A stretch of 64,000 nucleotides of DNA. Source: Fidelibacterota bacterium. GTDB lineage: Bacteria > Fidelibacterota > Marinisomatia > Marinisomatales > UBA1611. Positions 57,780-64,000 of the stretch are shown one piece after another (within the stretch, counting starts at the first letter, position 1; each line of letters opens with the position of its first letter). Below the pieces are notes generated by a model. That model saw nothing but the letters and a program-made list of their open reading frames with translations, had not been told where the DNA came from and did not search any database. Both the position numbers and the translations under genes were made by a program. The stretch is from the NCBI GenBank assembly GCA_028338895.1, contig JAOLAV010000001.1:9315-73314 (forward strand), written 5' to 3'.

Positions 57780-58558
57780 AAAAAGTTTTCATCTCTGGTT
57801 GCTCATCTGGTATTGGTAAATCTTTAGCATATACATATTCCAAAAAAGGATATATAGTGGGACTTGGTTCTAGAAATATGGTCGCTTTGAATTTGGTTAA
57901 AAAAGAATGCGAAGAGATAGGAGGTTGTGTATTTATTTATAGACTAGATGTTCGAGATCATAAAAATTGTTCTCTAGTTGCAAGTCGATTTCAATTAGAT
58001 GCTGGTGGAATTGATTTTGTTATTGCAAATGCGGGCATTGGTGGACACGATAACCTTTTTTCAGGAAAGAGTTTTGAAATTAATAATATATTAAAAACAA
58101 ATCTTTTGGGCATGACAAACGTACTTATGCCGTTCATCCCATTTATGAAAAAAGAGAGAAAAGGAACTTTAGTCTGTATTAGCTCCGTTGCCGGATTTAT
58201 TCCAACCCCTCATCACGGAGGATATTCTTCATCAAAAGTTGCAATAAGGATGATATTTGATTCATGGAGGCCAACACTTAAAAGATTTAATATTAAAACC
58301 GTTACAATTTGTCCTGGATTTATTGATACACCTATGGTTGCTGGTTTAGGTAAATCATTTCCAATGAAATCAAGTAATCAAGCAAGCCAAAAATTTGTTG
58401 AGATTATCGAAAAAGGAACCCCAACATTTATCTACCCATGGCCTTATAGACTTCTCATATGGATTTATTACATAACGCCTAAAAGTTTATATAATTTTTT
58501 AATTCTTAAAATCTTTAACAAGCCAATATCAAAAAAAATTAATAATATAGAACCATGA
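57776..58558 (+). CDS. short-chain dehydrogenase/reductase
   Basis: GCSSGIGK (TGxxxGIG-like) and YSSSK catalytic motif. Confidence 0.8.
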   Translation: MKKVFISGCSSGIGKSLAYTYSKKGYIVGLGSRNMVALNLVKKECEEIGGCVFIYRLDVRDHKNCSLVASRFQLDAGGIDFVIANAGIGGHDNLFSGKSFEINNILKTNLLGMTNVLMPFIPFMKKERKGTLVCISSVAGFIPTPHHGGYSSSKVAIRMIFDSWRPTLKRFNIKTVTICPGFIDTPMVAGLGKSFPMKSSNQASQKFVEIIEKGTPTFIYPWPYRLLIWIYYITPKSLYNFLILKIFNKPISKKINNIEP

Positions 58559-59118
58559 AATCATTAAACTTTAAACAATCTGGTGTATTATCACTTCCTC
58601 ATAATACCGCTAATATTTTTTCAGTCCTCATTGGCTCATTATTTATAGCGGTTCTAGCTCAAATTTCAATTCCTATTCCTTTTAGCCCCGTTCCAATTAC
58701 AGGCCAGACTATTGGAGTCGTTTTATTAGGTGGTTTATTGGGCTCTAAAATCGCTTCATTAGCAGTTTTAGCCTATCTATTTGAAGGCGCAATGGGGCTA
58801 CCTGTATTTGCAAATATGCAATCCGGTCCACATATACTTATAGGTCCAACGGGTGGATACTTATGGGGTTTTGTTATCGCTGCCTTTCTAACTGGTTATA
58901 TTACAGAAAAAGGGTTAACAAATACACCAATCTCTAGCTTTTTAACTTGTTTATTTTCAACAACACTTATTTTAATAATTGGAACAGGATATCTTGCATT
59001 ATTTGGATTAGGTCTTGAAAAAGCTTTAATTGCTGGATTTTATCCATTTCTTATTGGAGACGTTATAAAATCTTCAATCTGCGCAATGATCATTGCCTAT
59101 TCAAGAAAATCTTCTTAG
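58555..59118 (+). CDS. bioY: biotin transporter BioY
   Basis: PVPITGQT motif. About 6 TM segments and about 190 aa. Confidence 0.75.
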   Translation: MKSLNFKQSGVLSLPHNTANIFSVLIGSLFIAVLAQISIPIPFSPVPITGQTIGVVLLGGLLGSKIASLAVLAYLFEGAMGLPVFANMQSGPHILIGPTGGYLWGFVIAAFLTGYITEKGLTNTPISSFLTCLFSTTLILIIGTGYLALFGLGLEKALIAGFYPFLIGDVIKSSICAMIIAYSRKSS

Positions 59119-59399
59119 GCTAAGAAAACCTTTTCTGCTGATTTTGCCATAATAAGGCATTTATCTGTTACTCCTCCCTCATCGTGTGAAGTCAAAGTAA
59201 TCTTAATACTGCACCAGCCAACTACCATATCTGGATGATGGTTATACTTTTCTGCTTCTACAGCTAATTTATTAATGAATTGAATACTGTTCATATAAGA
59301 TGGGAATGTGTATTCTTTAGATATTTTATTATCTTTTAAAATCCAGTTTTTAAGATCTCTCAATTCTTTTTTAATATTTTTTATATCTAAAACTGCCAT
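59115..59399 (-). CDS. pterin-4-alpha-carbinolamine dehydratase
   Basis: EAEKYNHHPDM...TLTSHDEGGVTDKC motif. 94 aa. Confidence 0.8.
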   Translation of the reverse strand: MAVLDIKNIKKELRDLKNWILKDNKISKEYTFPSYMNSIQFINKLAVEAEKYNHHPDMVVGWCSIKITLTSHDEGGVTDKCLIMAKSAEKVFLA

Positions 59400-59401
59400 G
59401 A

Positions 59402-60793
59402 TTAAACTCCATATGCTTTATTAATCTTTTTTAATTCGAACCTTACCCAATTTATTGCAATCAAAAAAGAAACGCTTGCAGAAAACATCATTGCATACCA
59501 ATTCCATTCTACTGGCTTATCCAAGATTAAGCTAAAATATAATGCGAGTGGAGCACCTAAGCCTAAAACTCGGATCGATGTAATAATCAATACTGGCAAG
59601 CCTCGCCCTAATCCTTGCATAACGCGTCCGGATGTAATTGCAATTGCAACAAGTGGATATATAAAACATAACAGCCTAAGAAATCCAACAGAAACATCAA
59701 TAATCTCTTGATCATCAGTAAACCATGCTGAAAATGTTTCAGCAAAAACATAAACAAACGTTGAAGAAACTAATGTAATTAAAAAAGCACTTTTAATTCC
59801 GTAGGTTATAATTTCATTTAAAGCTTCAATTTTTTTAGCTCCAAAGAACATACCTACTAACGTTGTCATACCTCCTGCAATTGCAAAAATAGGCAAGAAT
59901 ATAAGCATATCTAACCTTCCTGCGACTTGATATGCAGCCACTGTTTGAGGAGAATAATGAATTAAAATTTTATTAAAGACACCTTGCCCAACAGCCATTA
60001 TTATCATGGATAAAGATGCTGGAACTCCAACCTTAATAATATCCCAAAAAATTTCTTTTGATAATACAAATTCTTTGAAATTAAATGTTATATACGCATG
60101 CTTTTTAATAAAAAGCATATATAAAAATATTATAAAAACAGACATTTGCGATATGACCGTAGCAAAAGCGGCACCCCTTACACCCATCCCAAAACCTATA
60201 TTACCATAATTTTCTAATTTAAAAATAAAGATTGGATCTAAAATAAGGTTTAAAACTGTTCCAAGTCCAGCGATCATCATTGGGAACTTCATATCACCTT
60301 CGCCAGCCAGGATTGATCTGAAGAACCCTGAAAAAACCATGAAAGGAATTCCAATAACAATACAAGATAGATAATCATAGCCGAGAGTTAAGATATCACC
60401 CTTAGCACCAAGAAGAATTAATATATCTTTTCCGTAAAGAATACCTGCAATGGTAGAGATAAAAGATATGCCAGCACCAATTAGAATAGCATGCTCGGCA
60501 CTATTATCCGCCTTCTTTTTATTCTTTTCTCCTATAAAACGTGCTATCGATGCTGTTACCCCAGACCCAAGTCCCATTGTGAGCCCAAGCATTAAAAAAA
60601 ATATTGGCATATTAAATGCAACACCAGCTATAGCACTTCCGCCTAAACGTCCGATAAAAATCATATCGACTAAGTTGTAAAGAGTATGAATACCCATACC
60701 AAACATTATTGGAATGGCCAATGTCCAGAGTGCTTTTGGAGGATTAACTAAAAAAGAATCTATTCTTGATTTTGACGGAGAAGATTGTTCCAC
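59402..60793 (-). CDS. MATE family efflux transporter
   Basis: 12 TM segments. N-terminal ...P.....LYNLVDMIFIGRLG pattern. Confidence 0.8.
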   Translation of the reverse strand: MEQSSPSKSRIDSFLVNPPKALWTLAIPIMFGMGIHTLYNLVDMIFIGRLGGSAIAGVAFNMPIFFLMLGLTMGLGSGVTASIARFIGEKNKKKADNSAEHAILIGAGISFISTIAGILYGKDILILLGAKGDILTLGYDYLSCIVIGIPFMVFSGFFRSILAGEGDMKFPMMIAGLGTVLNLILDPIFIFKLENYGNIGFGMGVRGAAFATVISQMSVFIIFLYMLFIKKHAYITFNFKEFVLSKEIFWDIIKVGVPASLSMIIMAVGQGVFNKILIHYSPQTVAAYQVAGRLDMLIFLPIFAIAGGMTTLVGMFFGAKKIEALNEIITYGIKSAFLITLVSSTFVYVFAETFSAWFTDDQEIIDVSVGFLRLLCFIYPLVAIAITSGRVMQGLGRGLPVLIITSIRVLGLGAPLALYFSLILDKPVEWNWYAMMFSASVSFLIAINWVRFELKKINKAYGV

Positions 60794-60851
60794 TATGTAA
60801 GAATATACAGGATTTAAGTTCCTGAACTACCTATAAACAAAGTTTAAAAAC

Positions 60852-61238
60852 TTAAATTTTATCTATTGCTGTTTTAAGCATTTTATTAACATCTCTACCG
60901 ATTTGAACTAAGTCTTCTAAATCTGTAACTCGTAGTTGTTGCTCAACATCTACTCCAGAGATCGTCACCGTTGAATCTTCATTCTCCCAGATTACTATGT
61001 TACATGGCATTAGCATGCTGACTTCTGACTGAATATTCAAAGCTTGACTAGCAAGTAAAGGATTACACGCACCTAAAATTTTAAATTGGGGATATTCAAG
61101 ATTCAATTTTTCTTTAAAGGTTTTTTTTATATTTATTTCAGTGATAATACCAAAACCGACATCTTCTAAAGCATTTCTCAATAATTTATCTGTATCTTCA
61201 AAAGATTTTTTAATAGTTCTTTGATATCCATAATTCAT
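60852..61238 (-). CDS. DUF302 domain protein
   Basis: 128 aa. ...GFGIITEINIKKTFKEKL...ILGACNP pattern. Confidence 0.6.
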   Translation of the reverse strand: MNYGYQRTIKKSFEDTDKLLRNALEDVGFGIITEINIKKTFKEKLNLEYPQFKILGACNPLLASQALNIQSEVSMLMPCNIVIWENEDSTVTISGVDVEQQLRVTDLEDLVQIGRDVNKMLKTAIDKI

Positions 61239-61239
61239 C

Positions 61240-61635
61240 TTATTGAATTCCTTTACTTGTTTTACCAGTCCAGCTCATTATTCCTCCATCCATATTAAAG
61301 GCTTTAAAACCATTCTGATTCAGGAGATTAGTAGCCCTTAGCGAGCGACTACCACTCCGGCAATAAACGATAATCTTACTATCTTTTTGGTCAGCTAATA
61401 AATCGAGTTTTTTTTCTAATATGTTGATTGGAATATTAAATGTATTTGGTATATGTTTTATTTCATGTTCTTTTTTGGTGCGAACATCCAAAAAAAAATA
61501 TCCCGATTGTTTAATTAATTTTTCAGCATCTACGCAAGAGATTGAACCCGATGATGTTTCTTTATTTTGGCAAGCAAGAGGTAATGAAATTATGAATAGT
61601 AAAGAAGCTCTTATTATAAATAAAGGTAAAGACAT
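61240..61635 (-). CDS. rhodanese-domain lipoprotein
   Basis: Lipobox LPLAC. Active-site loop YCRSGSRS. The ATG at 61635 overlaps the upstream stop by 1 nt. Confidence 0.7.
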   Translation of the reverse strand: MSLPLFIIRASLLFIISLPLACQNKETSSGSISCVDAEKLIKQSGYFFLDVRTKKEHEIKHIPNTFNIPINILEKKLDLLADQKDSKIIVYCRSGSRSLRATNLLNQNGFKAFNMDGGIMSWTGKTSKGIQ

Positions 61636-63428
61636 CAAATCGGCCATAAAATAGGCAGAATAATTATTGCCATAATCCAAAAGACTAAGGCAAGCGGAAA
61701 TCCAACTTTAATATAATCACTGAATTTATAGCCCCCAGGTCCATAGACCATCAAGTTCGTCTGATACCCAACGGGTGTGATAAAAGAAGCTGATGCTGCA
61801 AAGGCAACAGCAAATATAAATGCACGTGGATCTAATCCCATTTGAGCTGTTACCGCAATCGCTATTGGAGTCATAATTATTGCCGTTGCAGCATTCGAAG
61901 ATACTTCTGTCAATATAACCGTTAATAAATAAATTAATGCAAGTAATACTCTTGGCTGCCATTCTTCTGGTGCAGATGTAACGGCAAATGTAATAAGTCC
62001 TGCAATCCAATCAGCTGTTCCAGTTTTTTGTATAGCAATACCAACTGGAATTAAGGCAGAGATTAAGATAATAACCTGCCAATTTATAGACTGATAACTT
62101 TCTTGCGGAGTAACAATCCTCAATACAAGGAGTATCATTACACCAAGCATAGCACTCTTAACAATAGGCATAAGTCCTGTAGCTGCAAAACCTATAGTAA
62201 CAAAAATTGCGACAATAGTCATCCACCAAAACTTTTGTTTTTTAAGCTCAGCATCAACTTCTCCAAGAACAATAAAATCACCACTATTAGAGAGTTCACT
62301 TACTTTATTCTTTGGTCCATAAACAAGTAATGTATCGTATGAATGCAAAACTACGTGTGCAATCTTCTTTCTGAAGATTGTACCTTCTCTTCTAATTGCT
62401 AAAATAAATGAACCAAAACGCCTTCTAAAATTACTAGCCTTTAAACTTTTCCCAACCAGATCAGATTTATCAGTAATTAAACATTCTACTACGACATTAT
62501 CATCTTTTTCAAGTTCATCTTGGGTAAGCTTTTCATCCGTCAATAAAGCTACTTTTTCAACCTCTTTCATCCTTAAAAAATTCTCTAATGTCCCTCTGAC
62601 AAATAAAATATCATTTTCTTTGAGCCTAGTTAAACGAATACTATTGGTAATTAATGTATCTCCTCTCAAAATATCAAGAACCATTACGTCATAATTTTTA
62701 TTAACTCCTCTATCCAAACACGTTTTACCAACGAGAGGTGATTCAGGTGTAAGTTTCATTTCAGTTAAATATCCACCTAAATGATAACTCTTTGTCAAGC
62801 TAGATGTTGTTGTTCTTGATGGAAGGATTAAAGGAGCGATGAAAAGAATATAAAGTAACCCCACGCTCATTAAAATAACACCATATTTAAAAAACTCAAA
62901 CATTCCCAAAGGTTCAACACCTGGTGAAGATATATAGATTGAATTAACCAGCAAGTTTGTAGATGTACCTACTAAGGTTAGCGTACCACCAAGAATAGCT
63001 GCATAGCTTAATGGAATTAACATTTTAGAAGGGCTAATTTTATATTTTTGAGCTAATCTAATTGTAACAGGCATAAAAATTGCTACAATCGCTGTATTAT
63101 TTACCACTGCCGAAGCTAATCCAATTGTAAGTAAGTAAACGGCACGTCCTAAGATCATTGATCTATCAGCTAGTCTTCGAACTCGGATTACAAGATACTC
63201 TAGAATTCTTGTTTTTTGCAGTGCTTTACTAATGATAAAAAGAAATGCAATGGTTAAAACAGCTGGATTTGAGAAACCCGAGGTTGCTTCTTCCGGCGTC
63301 AAATATCCAAATAAAAAGAGAATTGATAGCAGTATCATTGCCGTTACATCAATAGAGAATAATTCAGTAACGAATAAAATAAAACCTAAAGCAATTAAGC
63401 TAAGAACAAATACAATATCAGGAGTCAT
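61635..63428 (-). CDS. SLC13/DASS-type anion permease with two central TrkA-C domains
   Basis: Polytopic halves flank a soluble ~200-aa insert with TrkA-C-like repeats. Confidence 0.7.
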   Translation of the reverse strand: MTPDIVFVLSLIALGFILFVTELFSIDVTAMILLSILFLFGYLTPEEATSGFSNPAVLTIAFLFIISKALQKTRILEYLVIRVRRLADRSMILGRAVYLLTIGLASAVVNNTAIVAIFMPVTIRLAQKYKISPSKMLIPLSYAAILGGTLTLVGTSTNLLVNSIYISSPGVEPLGMFEFFKYGVILMSVGLLYILFIAPLILPSRTTTSSLTKSYHLGGYLTEMKLTPESPLVGKTCLDRGVNKNYDVMVLDILRGDTLITNSIRLTRLKENDILFVRGTLENFLRMKEVEKVALLTDEKLTQDELEKDDNVVVECLITDKSDLVGKSLKASNFRRRFGSFILAIRREGTIFRKKIAHVVLHSYDTLLVYGPKNKVSELSNSGDFIVLGEVDAELKKQKFWWMTIVAIFVTIGFAATGLMPIVKSAMLGVMILLVLRIVTPQESYQSINWQVIILISALIPVGIAIQKTGTADWIAGLITFAVTSAPEEWQPRVLLALIYLLTVILTEVSSNAATAIIMTPIAIAVTAQMGLDPRAFIFAVAFAASASFITPVGYQTNLMVYGPGGYKFSDYIKVGFPLALVFWIMAIIILPILWPI

Positions 63429-63476
63429 AATAAGTAAATTTAATCCAATAGAGTTTTAAAAGAAAAATAGTATTTT

Positions 63477-63800
63477 TTAATTAAAGGGGTGTTCACCAAA
63501 ATGAGAAAAACTTTTTTTATTTTTAAAAATTTTTTGCCTCTCTAGACTGGATGATTTATTTTTATTTAAAATAGAGGAAATAATTGTATCGATAATTATG
63601 GGACGTCGAATGTTATTTAAAACAGCCATTATAAAAATTGGATATTCTGCCTCAGGGATTAATTCTTCCCACTCTTCAAATAATAAGGTATTATCTAAAA
63701 ATGTATCAACATTCGGATCTGTTTTGAGGTGAATTAAAACAATATCAAATAAATCGAATAAGCTTTTTTTCAACTCAGTTTTATTAAACTGATTTAGCAA
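63477..63800 (-). CDS. hypothetical protein (TTG start)
   Basis: 107-aa ORF with no motif. Confidence 0.3.
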   Translation of the reverse strand: MLNQFNKTELKKSLFDLFDIVLIHLKTDPNVDTFLDNTLLFEEWEELIPEAEYPIFIMAVLNNIRRPIIIDTIISSILNKNKSSSLERQKIFKNKKSFSHFGEHPFN

Positions 63801-63802
63801 AA

Positions 63803-64000
63803 TTACCTCCCAAGGACTTTTTGCTCTTGGACGTCATCAATTTGATTAGATGCTACGTACTTTTCAGCATAATGCTTATATGTCCCTGAAGAAACAAATA
63901 TTTCAAAAAGGTCCTCATCTATATGATAATCGTCTTTCATAAAACCCATTATTCTCATTGCATCAGATAATTTTTTCCCATCTTTATACGGTCTATCAGC
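63803..64000 (-). CDS. HD-GYP domain protein, C-terminal fragment (runs off window)
   Basis: The manual translation ADRPYKDGKKLSDAMRIMGFM...GTYKHYAEKY is typical of the HD-GYP C-terminus (DRPYK). Confidence 0.55.
   Translation of the reverse strand, partial: ADRPYKDGKKLSDAMRIMGFMKDDYHIDEDLFEIFVSSGTYKHYAEKYVASNQIDDVQEQKVLGR

Noticed and set aside
2762-63459. About 29 short track ORFs nested in or antisense to larger genes, e.g. 2762-2965, 3479-3673, 6200-6394, 7565-7862, 10905-11126, 11613-11816, 15450-15638, 19923-20207, 21261-21470, 24376-24612, 28871-29056, 31050-31247, 34709-34900, 38162-38362, 41909-42178, 48222-48425, 49501-49683, 52146-52331, 53517-53789, 54421-54603, 56744-56950, 60006-60680, 61421-62330, 63232-63459
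   Set aside because: Each overlaps a longer ORF that has recognisable family motifs. Their sequences are low-complexity or motif-free, as expected for chance ORFs in AT-rich DNA.
1-64000. Possibility that TGA is a general sense codon (alternative genetic code) rather than Sec
   Set aside because: Long, family-consistent ORFs terminate at TGA where homologs end, for example dacB at 47448-47450, the DASS permease at 61635-61637 and the ORF at 266-268. The only two read-through sites I found sit on redox Cys positions.
1-64000. Search for tRNA/rRNA genes, CRISPR arrays, IS elements or integrases
   Set aside because: I could not recognise any T-loop/acceptor-like tRNA pattern, spaced direct-repeat array or transposase/integrase motif by eye. 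This absence is not proof and should be confirmed with tRNAscan-SE, Infernal, CRISPR finders and ISEScan.

Overview
This is a 64-kb window from a low-GC bacterium, with about 75 protein genes. I recognised no rRNA, tRNA, CRISPR array, transposase or integrase. Six proteins end in a T9SS-type C-terminal sorting domain (YPNPFNP...KMILLK), which by inference suggests an FCB-superphylum or Marinimicrobia-like marine lineage.

Layout:
- 1-21.6 kb is a secretome island. It holds T9SS-CTD proteins, three dockerin-tailed proteins, a Kazal-like lipoprotein, an LRR protein, a PHM/DBH-like copper monooxygenase, an intradiol dioxygenase, an endonuclease I and an HExxH lipoprotein. A conserved intergenic repeat of about 90 nt is interspersed here in 5-6 co-oriented copies.
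- 22-30 kb holds small hypothetical, lipoprotein and membrane genes plus a cytochrome-c-like/YceI/beta-barrel trio.
- 30-37.8 kb holds nth, a DUF885 gene and a lexA-imuB-dnaE2 SOS mutagenesis cassette. The cassette is preceded by a tandem TTAC-N2-GTAA repeat and a coupled 51-aa ORF.
- 37.9-40.7 kb holds a PAS-MenA fusion, a cyclase-family gene and two adjacent genes interrupted by in-frame TGA.
- 40.8-59 kb is an amino-sugar/peptidoglycan salvage cluster: kpsF, NagB-LmbE, GH18, dacB, NlpC/P60, DUF1460, NamZ-like, nagZ, a sugar kinase, SpoIID, a symporter and an HGSNAT-like gene.
- 59-64 kb holds transport and sulfur-related genes.

The most notable signal is not in the ORF track. Two back-to-back, translationally coupled genes at 40003-40727 (minus strand) carry an in-frame TGA exactly where a redox Cys is expected. 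One is a BCP/PrxQ peroxiredoxin (TPG-U-xxxxC) and the other is a SelW/Rdx-like protein (C-x-x-U). Both are predicted selenoproteins.

Two probable homopolymer frameshifts are also visible.
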